Notes: generated from the sequence alone by a model not told the origin. Positions 38,881 through 52,300 are shown, numbered from the stretch's first letter. The stretch is 64,000 nt of DNA from Lingula anatina (GCA_051362555.1 CM120641.1:2108001-2172000); one strand, 5' to 3'. A program made the numbers and translations.

Positions 38881-41800
38881 AGGAAATATTTTTTTTGTGT
38901 GTCAATGGGTTTGGACAAAATATTGTCTTCCAGGATGATTTTAAGCTCATAAATCATCACGTTTAACACAAACTGGGTCTATCTTTCCAAATGTTTTACT
39001 TATCCTCCTATCTCAGCTCCACTAGAGCAGACGATGTCCCATCGACCTTGACCTTGAAACACTTTATCTCTAAGCAAGGTATCAACACCATTGGCCATAC
39101 TGCCTTTGCTGAATTTCATCTCCAAGGAGAAATAATAATGCCTGAGAGAAATAATACCTCCTAATAAATGCAAATGTAGGATTGCCAGTACTGAACTTAA
39201 GTAATCAAATTGTCTTCTGTTGCCACTTAATTGGCAGATCCTATAGAGGGCTCTGTTAGTGGGTGCATATCATTTTGCTAACAACAGAAACAATATTCTT
39301 TGAATTTTTTATACATTTGCCCAAGTCCTGATTCATCAGTCACTAATATATTATATAATCAGCTGTGTAAACTAAATATATTTTGTATCATCAGGTCAAA
39401 AGATTGCACAGGGACTTAATACTTGGCCTTCTGGTTGAAATCTGGTTGAGTGATGGCAAAATTTAAACCAACTTCCAGTCCAAAACAGTCCTGATGTAAA
39501 CACATCTTAAAAGCCAGAAACTGTGTATTGTAACTATATATTCAGTCATGTTGGAATCAAAGAATTTCTTTACCTTTTCGTGATCAGACCCCTCCCACAC
39601 AGTCTGCTTTATTTTGTAAGTCAAGACAAAGTGGCCTGGTAGAGTTATTAAGTAAAAGCTTGTTTTCTAGGGTAATGGTAGCTGTTTGCATGGGAAATGG
39701 TAGGAATCTGAAAACAAAGTTTTCAAACCTCCTGAAATCAGATATCAGTCAGCAAGCAATAAGATGGAAATAAAAAAGGAGCAGGGTATCAAATTGTCTG
39801 GCTTGTTGACAAGAATAAAGTGCAATACAGTGAAAAGAATTAAAAGCTGCCATTTATTTCTACTCTTGCTCTTGGTTGTTTTGAATCCAGGCTGCAAATT
39901 GCTAAGATATTCATTTCAGACCATCAGACTTGGAGAGAAAACTATTGATTTTTTCAAATATTACATAATGGAAAGCAATTCAATTTAATTTTATTTTTTA
40001 TATGCTTTTGGGCCTCTGATTCCCCTGTCTAATTTACAACCTCTTTAAAACAATACACAACTACTTCTTTGAAGATAACTTGTCTAGACTTCATCTTCCA
40101 AATGAATTTCTGGCTGAAATAACACTAACATGTGTAATACATATTTGCTAGCCTAACTCTATAAATAACCAATCATCCTGGATAAGACAGATATTGGATG
40201 GGGAGACAAAGTGGATTTTTAAGTCTACAGCTATAAGATTGGAATTGGAATCGGACACAATGTGGGCTGGGAACTGACAGAGCCAGTATTTTTTATTATT
40301 AGCATGTCTTACTGTAGTTTTTTGCTTTTTATGTACAGACACTGCAAATGTTGGTGTACATTTTGCTCTGTATACATATTTTAATCTCTGTTTTCTCACC
40401 ATAGCCATCACTGAAGTCATCTTAAATAATCTGTTGTTCACCCCAAAACTGCCTGACTTTTCTTTCTTCATGTATTGAGCAGTTTTTTCCCTTTTATGGT
40501 AATAAGGCAGGTTTTCTTTAAAATTTGACACAATTATTTATAGGAAGGTTATACTTTTTTCTGTTTGGTGTCTGTATACTTGCCGGCTTTGCTGTCTAAT
40601 TTTTATATATAATTGGTGCTTATTTTGGCACTGGCATTATGATAGGCAAAACTTCCTTTTTCAGATAAGGGATCATCAACTAGATAAGTGAGAGTCAAGT
40701 GTCATATTTGTAGCAACCTGGGCAGTTAGCACATCTTCCTGTTAAATTGGTTTTGCAGATTAAACTCATACTGGTTTTATCAGTCGCATTAACAAATAGA
40801 GTTGGTTAAAAATTTATTTTACAAAAATCAATTTTGATACACAGCCTTAAATAAAAACTGGAATTAAAAACCTCTTGGCTTCCCCCAAAAAAAACTTTTT
40901 TATGCTCAAGGTGGCATTTAATATGTCTTCATCATTTTGTTATTTTAATAACCAAAGAACTTAGCTTTTCTAGCAGAAGAAAACTTAAAGATAGATTGTT
41001 CCTTAAAGTTCAAGCTGATAGAAACAGATGACAGTCACCGTCAGTTCTTTGATATACAATGTGACTGAATGTAACCTGATTCTGGTAGACAGCAGGTCAG
41101 ACAGACTTTCATTCTCCTGAATTTTGCCGTGTAAAAATGACTTAACAGTGACACCTTTTCCCCAGAGGCATACATCACCCAGTGAAGGCTGGGCACACAT
41201 GCTAATTAGGCCCCATGTTTCTTTAATGCCATATGCATTGCATTGTGAATACCGTGTTGATGTGGTTATAATGATGGAGAGAAATGCTCATGCCTTTGAA
41301 AAATTATACACACTTGCACACTTTGACATGCAGTATCGCACAGGCATGCTATAAGCAGTGTCACCACAGCACATCATGAGAAGGGTTTTTTAATATTTTA
41401 GACTGTAGAGGGCACTGTTTGGTCTTGATTCTCGGGGTGTCCCTTGCTAATCTGCCCTTGGGCAATCTGCACACATGTGAGTCCAAATATCACACCTGTG
41501 TGTACAAATGCAGGTTCAATGGGTTGACCATCAAACATGTTCGTTTATTTGTGTCCGTGCACATTAATAAGCTATTTTGTTTCAGAGGTTTGTACAAAGA
41601 AACTTTTTGCAGATGATTCTTTAAAATGTAATGATTTTGATGCATAATAGCAATTTTTAAACAAAGGGGTCCATTTTCACTTTTACAAATAGGATAATAT
41701 CATGAAGGTGCCACAGTGACAGCAGTGTAATTTTGTGGGACACAAGAATATAAAAGGTGGTCATTTTTTTGGAGTTTTGTCTCATCAGCAACAATAGCAG

Positions 41801-43685
41801 CAATAAAATAATAACCTTTTATGTATCTTGGGTACAGTGTCCTTTTTTTTTTAGTGTCTTATGATCATTGTCCTACATTGTAGAAAGTGATGTGAAGTTC
41901 TAGTTTTATCAGAGAGACAAGTGATGACATTTGGGGATACACCTTAGCACTCTACTATAATTTTCCAGCACCATGTAGCTTGTATACCTTGTATGTGTGG
42001 AGAAGCGTGTGGTGTTTGTAACAATCTGTTCCCAGTAATCATGTCAAGTATTGCTGGTCTGGCCCACTCCAGAATCAATCTGCTGATCTCCCTAGTTGTA
42101 CCACCAGCGTTAGCGCTGGCGGTACACATGGTTTCGGTCTCGTCCGGATCGTTCCGCCGGCTCCGCCGGCTCCGCCGGTTCCGCCGGCTCCGCCGGCTCC
42201 GCCGGACGGCTACCGTTACCGCTTCTCCTCCTAGACGGTAAGGCCCCCCATACCCATCTCATGGATTTAGGTCACCTATAATCTCAACTCGTTCCACGTA
42301 AAATTTGGGCTTTGTCGGTATTGGGGTCTGGGTGTGGCACTCATTGCAATGCACCCTTGTCCAAAAATGGCAAAATTAAATGCTAATTATCTACCCTACG
42401 GAAGGAGTTACGGGAAAATTTTCTACAGACGGCTTTCCAAAAGTCATATGTGTAGATTTCAAATATACCCTCGGATTTGACCTTTGACCTTTACTTCAAG
42501 GTCAAATGGGCCAAAATTTTCAAAAAAATGAAATTTTTTACGAAAAAAAAATTTTTTGCCCTGTTATTCAGACACCACACAGACTTAACCAATAATATTA
42601 TTGGAAAGTGTTACCCTTCAGGTCATCTTTCATCTCCGTGAATTTGGGGTCAATCGGTGCATTTTCACAGGAGTAGCGGCCATAAGATACCGAAACTGAA
42701 AACTGTCTCTAATTCGGGAACCGTTAATGCTAGAGACCCATTTTTTTTTGCATTTTGTAGAGCATGTAAAGCCCAACACTGGAGGTGGTCTCGGTTTTTT
42801 TGTATTCCATACGGTTTTCGAGTTACGCTGTATCAAAAAGTACATATTGGTGGTGAAAGGAAAATGTACGGAAGCCCACTGGTGCCATATGTAGAAAAAA
42901 AAATTATCTCGAAATTTCGAGATACTATTTTGAAATTTGAACAAAAAAAATTTACCACCAGCGTTAGCGCTGGCGGTACACATGGTTTCGGTCCCGTCCG
43001 GTCCGTTCCGCCGGCTCCGCCGCCATGTTACCGTTACCGCTTCTCCTCCTAGACGGTAAGGGCCCCCGTACCCATCTCATGGATTTAGGTCACCTATAAT
43101 CTCAACTCGTTCCACGTAAAATTTGGGCTTTGTCGGTATTGGGGTCTGGGTGTGGCACTCATTGCAATGCACCCTTGTCTAAAAATGGCAAAATTAAATG
43201 CTAATTATCTACCCTACAGAAGGAGTTACGGGAAAAATTTCTATAGACGGCTTTCCAAAAGTCATATGTGTAGATTTCAAATATACCCTCGGATTTGACC
43301 TTTGACCTTTACTTCAAGGTCAAATGGGTCAAAATTTTCAAAAAAATGAAATTTTTTACGAAAAAAAATTTTTTTGCCCTGTTATTCAGACGCCACACAG
43401 ACTTAACCAATAATATTATTGGAAAGTGTTACCCTTCAGGTCATCTTTCATCTCCGTGAATTTGGGGTCAATCGGTGCATTTTCACAGGAGTAGCGGCCA
43501 TAAGATACCGAAACTGAAAACTGTCTCTAATTCGGGAACCGTTAATGCTAGAGACCCATTCTTTTTTGCATTTTGTAGAGCATGTAAAGCCCAACACTGG
43601 AGGTGGTCTCGTTTTTTTTTGTATTCCATACGGTTTTCGAGTTACGCTGTATCAGAAAGTACATATTGGTGGTGAAAGGAAAATG

Positions 43686-43976
43686 TACGGAAGCCGACTG
43701 GTGCCATATGTAGAAAAAAAAATTATCTCGAAATTTCGAGATACTATTTTGAAATTTGAACAAAAAAAATTTTTATCTCGAAATTTCGAGATAGCATTTT
43801 GAAATTTGAACAAAAAAAAAATTATCTCGAAATTTCGAGATAGCATTTTGATATTTGAGCAAAAAAATTTATCTCGAAATTTCGAGATAGTATTTTGAAA
43901 TTTGAACAAAAAAAATGCTATCTCGAAATTTCGAGATAATTTTTTTTTCAACATATGGCACCAGTCGGCTTCTGTA
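43686..43976. mobile_element. IS3EU-like MITE (291 bp) nested in the Helentron, with ~40-bp palindromic tandem repeats
   Basis: TIR tacggaagccgactggtgccatatg / catatggcaccagtcggcttctgta; 6-bp TSD aaaatg (43680-43685, 43977-43982); internal repeats of atctcgaaatttcgagat. TAY..RTA ends with a 6-bp TSD fit IS3EU as I recall it. Confidence 0.75.
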
Positions 43977-44224
43977 AAAATGTGCAGTACGGTAATGGAT
44001 AATAAATTTTGAACTCTGGAAAAATAAAACATAATGCTTGGCAAAGCAGACAACTTGTGTTCAAAAATGACATTATTTTATCAAATTTGAACTTCTGAAA
44101 CTTCAGAGAACCTCCCATTTCAAGAACTTTGACCAAAATGACCTTTTCTTTATTTTAATTAATTTTTTCTGTACGAAATTTAAGGCACATTATGGTAACT
44201 CCAAAATTATAACATTTAGTCCCT

Positions 44225-46300
44225 TATATCTCCAAAACTGGCAGAGATAGGTCCATAGTTACTATTGAAGTTGAATAGGAAGTCATATACTGGCAATCTT
44301 ACTGTGACCTTGACATTGACCTTTGACCTACTTTTCACCATGAACTGAACTTTGCAAATTTTTCTTCCCTTTTATCTCCAAAACTGGCAGAGATAGGTCC
44401 ATAGTTACTATTGAAGTTGAATAGGAAGTCATATACTGGCAATTTTACTATGACCTTGAAATTGACCTTTGACCTACTTTTCACCATGAACTGAATTTTG
44501 CAAATTTTTCTTCCCTTTTTCTTTCCCAATTTTGAACTCTGGAAAAATAAAACATAATGCTTGGCAAAGCAGACAACTTGTGTTCAAAAATGACATTATT
44601 TTATCAAATTTGAACTTCTGAAACTTCAGAGAACCTCCCATTTCAAGAACTTTGACCAAAATGACCTTTTCTTTATTTTAATTAATTTTTTCTGTACGAA
44701 ATTTAAGGCACATTATGGTAACTCCAAAATTATAACATTTAGTCCCTTATATCTCCAAAACTGGCAGAGATAGGTCCATAGTTACTATTGAAGTTGAATA
44801 GGAAGTCATATACTGGCAATCTTACTGTGACCTTGACATTGACCTTTGACCTACTTTTCACCATGAACTGAACTTTGCAAATTTTTCTTCCCTTTTATCT
44901 CCAAAACTGGCAGAGATAGGTCCATAGTTACTATTGAAGTTGAATAGGAAGTCATATACTGGCAATTTTACTATGACCTTGAAATTGACCTTTGACCTAC
45001 TTTTCACCATGAACTGAATTTTGCAAATTTTTCTTCCCTTTTATCTCCAAAACTGGCTGAGATAGGTCCATAGTTACTATTGAACTTGAATAGGAAGTCA
45101 TATACTGGCATAATAAATGTGACCTTAAAATTGACCTACTTTACACCATGAACTGAATTTTGCAAATTTTGCTTTCCTTTCTATCTCCAAAACTGGCTGA
45201 GATAGGTCCATAGTTACTATTGAACTTGAATAGGAAGTCATATACTGGCAATCTAAATGTGACCTTAAAATTGACCTTTGACCTACTTTACACCATGAAC
45301 TGAATTTTGCAAATTTTGCTTTCCTTTCTATCTCCAAAACTGGCTGAGATAGGTCCGTAGTTACTATTGAACTTGAATAGGAAGTCATATACTGGCAATC
45401 TAAATGTGACCTTAAAATTGACCTACTTTACACCATGAACTGAATTTTGCAAATTTTGCTTTCCTTTTATCTCCAAAACTGGCTGAGATATGTCCGTAGT
45501 TACTATTGAACTTGAATAGGAAGTCATATACTGGCAATCTAAATGTGACCTCAAAATTGACCTTTGACCTACTTTTCACCATAAACTGAACTTTGCAAAT
45601 TTTGCTTCCCTTTTATCTCCAAAACTGGCAGAGATAGGTCCATAGTTACTATTGAACTTGAATAGGAAGTCATATACTGGCAATCTAAATGTGACCTTGA
45701 AATTGACCTTTGACCTACTTTTCACCATGAACTGAATTTTGCAAATTTTGCTTCCCTTTTATCTCCAAAACTGGCTGAGATAGGTCCATAGTTACTATTG
45801 AACTTGAATAGGAAGTCATATACTGGCAATCTAAATGTGACCTTGAAATTGACCTTTGACCTACTTTTCACCATGAACTGAACTTTGCAAATTTTGCTTT
45901 CCTTTTATCTCCAAAACTGGCAGAGATAGGTCCATAGTTACTATTGAACTTGAAAAGGAAGTCATATACTGGCAATCTAAATGTGACCTTAAAATTGACC
46001 TTTGACCTACTTTACACCATAAACTGAATTTTGCAAATTTTGCTTTCCTTTTATCTCCAAAACTGGCTGAGATAGGTCCATAGTTACTATTGAACTTGAA
46101 TAGAAAGTCATATATTGGCAATCTAAATGTGACCTTGAAATTGACCTTTGACCTACTTTTTATCATGAACTGAACTCTGCTAATTTCTTTCTCTTTTAAC
46201 TTCAAACTTGACAGAGATAGGTCCATAGTTACTCTTGAACTTGAATAGGAAGTCATATACTGGCAATTTACTGTGACCTTGAAATTGACCCTTGACCTAC
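44225..46300. repeat. ~146-bp satellite array (~13 monomers) inside the Helentron
   Basis: tccaaaactgg anchor at 44231, 44377, 44754, 44900, 45046, 45186, 45333, 45472, 45618, 45764, 45910 and 46056, with a diverged last unit at ~46201. Interrupted by a ~523-bp duplication (44004-44527 repeated from ~44528). Confidence 0.95.
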
Positions 46301-49300
46301 CTTACGAAGAACTTAAATTTGATTGTACCATATATATTTTTTGCAATAGTTTAAAAATTCTTGTTGATTGCATTTTTACAGCTTGTCAAGCACAAAACTG
46401 GTGGCTGTGTCCCTTATTTTGTGTATGTGGGGGCCTATACGAATGCGCTTGCTCCAGCTGGTGGTACAATATTCGGAGGCGGTATCGCCTCTCTGATCCT
46501 CTAGTTGATTTTTTTTTCAGCCTGAACCAATATTACATTGGTAAGAAGTGTTTTGCTCTGTTGATCCTGTAATTGGATCTAGGACTGATTATTATCTGTC
46601 TGGAAAGGTATAAGGGTTACAAGTGTTTTTGCACGCATGCTGCATATATTCAGGGTCAAGCTTTACAAGGTAATGACCTCTTTAGTGAGTCTGATGGAGA
46701 TCAGACATGACCACTGTATCTTATCATATTGCATGGATGTGGAGGAAACTGAGTGACTTAAGGACTTAACAACAAAGAGGCTGATAAAAATTGTGATTAT
46801 GAAATTCTGGTGACTTTCAAATGTTCTTGTTGACTGAGACTGTTGATTATGGAATTCTGGTGACTTTCAAATGTTTTTTTTTTTTTTTTTTTACTGAGAC
46901 TGACACAGTCTCTCAGCTATAAAGTCAAAAAGGTTGATAGTTTGATGAGGCATGTTAGAAACTGCTCAGTCTTAATTTGGAAAACTTGTCCTGCATTTTG
47001 ACTGATGTGACTATTTAAATTAATCACTTTTCATTATCAGTTTCTTCATTAATTGCTGTTTTCATCATGATCAAAATATTTCCCAGCAAAAGCAGGGAAG
47101 TGAGTTTCATTCACATCTCTCAGAACATCCGCTGATACTATTATAACTATTATTATACCAAAAAAAAAAAAAAAATGTTGACACCATGTCTGGATGGGGC
47201 TCACTGTCAACATGGAGGTCATAGACTGGAGAAAGTTTAGAACATTGACATTTATGTAGTAAATGTTAGCACTCAAAAGTAATGATTTCATTTGATTTTT
47301 ATTTCAAGGGAGTAATAAGGCATAGGTCAAAATAATTCAGAAATTGCAACAGTGTGCACAAGTTTGTGTGTGTGTGTGTGTTGTCACATCGAACAATGAT
47401 TTCTAAATATTTATGTCATATCGTATCACTTGGAGAGAAGTACTGTCAGAAATAATGTTTCCCATATTTCATGAACTTAAAATAATGACTTTGAACCATA
47501 GGAGAATGAAAATGAGTCTGTATCATGCTCTGCCAAAAGGATTTTTTGTGAGATGATTCTTACCTATATTTTTATGTGATTAGCACGCCTGTCAACAGAG
47601 AGAGAAAGAGAGAGACTTTCAAAAATACACATGCAAGCCAAATGCACGCACATATACACGGGTATTTGCTGCCCAGTTAAATGGGAGTGTTAGAAAAGAA
47701 AAGACAGCAAAGGTCACCACCCTATGTCTTATATTTTACCTAAAATATCCATATGCTAGAAGTTTGCTAACATGAACAGACTGCTAAACATGCAAAAATT
47801 ATGTTCCGATCATCAAATCCTCACAAAATAAACAATGGTTGGGTTTCCTCTTTGTTGGCAGATAATTTAACCGTGAAATTCTTGGCCTTCTTCCTACGAC
47901 AGATCAACAGCGGCATGTCTTGGAAAGAGAAAGGTTATTGTTAACTGAGTAGTACTAAGAGGTCAATGGTGGCCCTGAAAAATAATTCTGAGACCCACTT
48001 TGCATACTTGATTCATTATTCTTGACTGCTAAAATCTGTCATTTGGAAAAATTAATTATATGAATACATAATTTGAAATATAAGTGCTCATCGAAAAAGT
48101 CATGTCAGGTAAATGTATTAATGATCTAAGAAATAACCATAAATTAGACAAAAGGTTGAGCATGTATTTTGAATATATTCCCTTCTTCTTGAATTATCCG
48201 TCTTATATATAACAGTATGTTTGGTTATGGACTCTGGGGGATGAAGAGAATTATTTGTCATTTTTACCTATCTCATGTCAGGCTCCATTAAAAAATTACA
48301 TGGAAAGCAGTTCATAGAAAAAAATGAAGGGCAGCACAAAATAAACAATTCCCACTAGAATTGCTCAGTCTAGATTGTGTTTCCTAATATCAATATTTTG
48401 CACACTTGGGCAAATTGATGTAGCTGAAAGAATATCGATATTTCGATGAAGAAGCTGACCTGGTAAAAATTTTTTTATGTTATTGACCGTAGCACGTAAC
48501 CTGCTTTCCTGGAAAACCAGCTCCGATGTGAACAGTTGATTGCAGCTCTTGTCTGTTTGCGTGAAGGGACGCATTGATTTTTGTATTTATCTGAAATGGG
48601 ATTATCATTGTTTTGGATCGTTCACAGGATGCAATATACTTTCATTTGCATTTATGAAGAAAAAACAACTAGTGAAGTGTTAGTACTTTTGGGTACATGC
48701 ATTACTTGTTGGTGAACTTTTCCCACCACTTACAGTTAGGGATAGGCTTAGTACATTGAAAACTAATCATTAGATTAAAAGATAATTGTTCACTCGCTAG
48801 TGCATACAAAGAAGAAGGGACTCGGCACATAGATTTCTTGTTCGTAACTTTTTAACATTGTCTGCCTTAAGAAACATTTACTGCCTGGGATTTAAAAATA
48901 CCAATGAAAGGTGCATTGTTTTCTTTAAACCCTTGCTGAATTCACAGGTACGGTGGCACATAGCCCAGGAGAAAACAATTGGGTGGAAAAGGATCGGTTT
49001 AAATATTTGCTCACCGTTCTTGAGGGTAATCTTTGTCTACTAGGAGCTCTGTGTGTGTATGTGTTTTTTTCCTTCCTTTTTCTTTTCTAAAAATTTCACC
49101 AAAAAGTTTTGCATGCAGTTAAAAGTGGAGAATGATAGTGTAGTTGCAGGGAAAAAGAATCTTGTCACTTACAGGAATGATGTTGTGCCAGAGACAGAGT
49201 TTGTTCAACTGGCCCAGTGGGATTCAAGTTTTGCTAAACAGCAGTTTAAATTAACAAGAATAGACAGGGTTTTTTTTCTATTTTCTCCCCTACCCTTCTA

Positions 49301-52300
49301 AATTGCTGTGTGAAAATTAAAAAGTTATGCAAAGGTTGATACAGGATTCTTTTTCTTTTTTGAAAAAAAAAAGAAAAAAACTTGCACTTTTGCGAAGTGT
49401 AAAGTCAGCCATGGAAAAGGTTTTGTTGCCCCATTGGCAGCAGCCTGGGTCTGAGGGGGATCAGATTTCCCAAATTAGATTGTAAAGAATCTGTCAGATG
49501 GAGCTTAAAAAGTGGCCTGATTGATAGTTTACTTGTATTATCACCAGCCTAGGTAGACGAGAGGTCATGTGGCAGGGATAAGACTCCAACACTTCTCAAA
49601 CAGGGAGAGTAGATAGCTGATGGAGATGCTTTAATTTCCTCCTCTCTTCCTCCTCTTCCTCCTCCGGCTCCCCCCATTCTAGGATTTCGGACAAGCAGGT
49701 GGTGGGAGAGTGCGCCTTAAAAACCTCACGCTAAGTGTTGGTGCTATCAGGTGGGTTCTTTCAATTGGGAATCATGTCGGCTTTTGTTGTGGAAAATCAC
49801 AGCCATTTATTACTAGTTTCTGCTCTCCTTTTTTTTTCTCCCTGGTGGATGATCCTATGGCTTCATGTAGTTGCTGTATGCAGTAAAATCCATTTAAATG
49901 CTCATTGTGTGTATCAAAGCAGCACAATCAATACAGGCCAGTACAAGTAACTGGCTCATGGCAAGAGTGGAAATTCAGTCGGAAATAATTGTCCTTGGAT
50001 GGAGATGGTGTTACTAGCAAGCTGGCTTAATGCAACCCAGACCACTGGTGCACTGATATAGGAAAGGGAGAGCAAGAAGAGTGAGAAAAAAAGTAAGGCT
50101 CGATGTCAAACCAATATTGTGTTGAAGGGGACATAGTTTGAAGATGATCGTCAGTGACTGGGCTATTGATTCCTTGGGTAAATCTTTGCATGAATATAGA
50201 CACGAGAGCTTCACATGCATAGTGGTAATTGAAGGTGGCTGGTAATTTCATTCCGTCCTAATCATTACTGTAATGCACTTCAGGGAGTTTCAAACATATG
50301 AATGATGATGATATTTGGTTTGCAATGCCTTGAAGGTGTTGCCTTGTTTTTTTGATAGGGGAAATGTCATTGGTCGCTCTGTTGTCTTAGAAGATGTTAA
50401 GTTATCAGCGTGATGTGTTTATGCAGAGTGGATTATTTTAGAGGCTGTTACCAGGAGTGATACTATATGTAACTAGAAGAGGGAACAATAGAATCTCATG
50501 AGAGAGACCCTGTGAAAGTTACTGCAAGATATCTTGTTTTAGGCGGGTAAGCATCTGCCAAACTGACGTCTAGATTTTTCTTTCAGTGAAGTTGTGGTTT
50601 AGATGTAGTGTGTTTGTTCTAACAATGTAACATGTGTTTAAATTATTGATTAATGATGGGTTTTGGGAGAAAATGTAAACATTTGATTGAATAAGCAAGA
50701 TGAAGTTTCTCCATATTTTAATGTTTGTCTTTAATGAGTAGTTTGTTTACTTGTCATGATGTGCAATCTGTTATTAATTATCATTTGAAGGAGAAAAAAG
50801 TACCAGCTATACGATTGTTTATCAAACAGCAAAAACAGCAAGTTCAACCATGGCCATAGCTTATTGTAATTAGCTTAATTATTCCATAGTAAGTACAAGA
50901 ATATAGACCCCGCATGCTGAAAATACAAGGAAGTAATCTGATTGAAAAAAAGTTGGGTTTCATTCCTAGAGATTTACACATCATGTGGCTGCTAATTATA
51001 TGCTTATTATTCCAAAATTACTACGTAGTAAATGGCACGCGGTCGTCCTGCTATGGATTATTGTTGGGAGAGGATGAGTGGGCGAGTGGCTTGGTTTACT
51101 GCTTGTTGGACATGATGAAATAGCAGAGGGATTAGGATACCATACCTTGGGATTGGTATTTGTGGAAGTGTTCTACCAGATTGGTTTTGGTTTAAATTGG
51201 ATAACAATACCAGACAGTCTTTTTTTTTATGCAGCATTTTACATATTTGGTCATGGGATGAAATTTTTTTTTTACTGTAAGACTTGAACTGAAATCATTC
51301 TGGTTATGCATGCAGTTAAGTATGATTTTGTCAAAATTGTGAAACATTTCCACAATTTTTTTTTAAGTTTCCAATTTTCGGTTCAAAACAAGAAGTGTTA
51401 TCACAAAAATAACGTGCCCAGATTTTCGTAATCCATCACATCGTTGTTCGTGTAGCGATCCAGTTTTGACATGGGTGTTGATATGCTGTAGAAGCTTTGA
51501 TAACTGTTAGAAATGGGTTGTATTTGACAAGATTAGACGACTGGTAGGTTGACATAGCTCTTTATCTGGTGTGACTACACGGGTCTTAAACAAGCATTTA
51601 CTGGGACAATTGGAAGAAAACTGACCCAGAGGTGAAGTATGCCGAACTCTATTGATTTCTTGATAGTCCACTGATAAGCTGGGTGATATACTGCAGTTTA
51701 ACAGCTAGACCCGGAGTAGATGACTTGATTGTAGGTTTGTAGAGAGATCTATGTTTGGATGGGAACTCTCCAAGACAGACAAACACATATCAGTTGCTGG
51801 GACTCGGAAATATTAAGGTAGAAAAAAATGAAGATATTTGTCTGACCTTATAAGAAAAGTAGCACACCTCAAGCCGCAGTATTCATCTGTATAAAATTGA
51901 TGTGTTGACTTTAGAGGCTGTTATCTCTCTATTTATGTAGATTTTTTTTCTCCCCAAGTGCATCATTCTGCGGCATTCTCACGTTGGCCGCTGATGGCAA
52001 GCTGATTGCTGTTTGCATTAAGAATCGAGTTAGCAAAGTACCCAAGTAATTTCCAATGGGAAGATGCTTTAAAGCTTTCAACTGTCATTTGATTGTCATT
52101 CCGTATGATGTTACACATATTTTCCTCTTTTGACCAGATTCTACTGCTCAGTATTACAGGACAAATTAGTGGTATTTGAAGTTTGTTTGTTTTTTTTTTT
52201 TTTTGTTGTTTACGCATTTTGACCCAAGACAGATGAGATTATTATGTTGGCAAAAATTCAGCTACATTATGTTAGTTACAGTTATTGATATTCTAGAAAC

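Larger units (their letters stand above)
42096..46506 (+). mobile_element. Non-autonomous Helentron-type element (HINE/DINE-1/pearl-like), ~4.4 kb, with duplicated 5' end and internal satellite
   Basis: 5' subTIR ttgtaccaccagc in hairpin gtaccaccagcg-tta-cgctggcggtac-like stem, followed by a (ccggctccg)n microsatellite. 3' subTIR gctggtggtacaa (46457-46469), then stem-loop gaggcg-gtat-cgcctc and terminal ctagtt. Starts at TT; central tandem array; no RepHel ORF. Confidence 0.85.

Noticed and set aside
41993-42241. Arg-rich ORF (RRLRRLRRFRR) resembling a protamine or antimicrobial peptide
   Set aside because: Arises from the 9-bp microsatellite at the Helentron 5' end and straddles the insertion boundary.
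43723-43945. Palindromic repeats with short spacers, superficially CRISPR-like
   Set aside because: Spacers are near-identical, there are no cas genes, the context is eukaryotic, and the repeats are enclosed by TIRs and a TSD.
45125-46256. Repetitive ORFs (MTSYSSSIVT..)
   Set aside because: Translations of the 146-bp satellite; the frame is not maintained between monomers.
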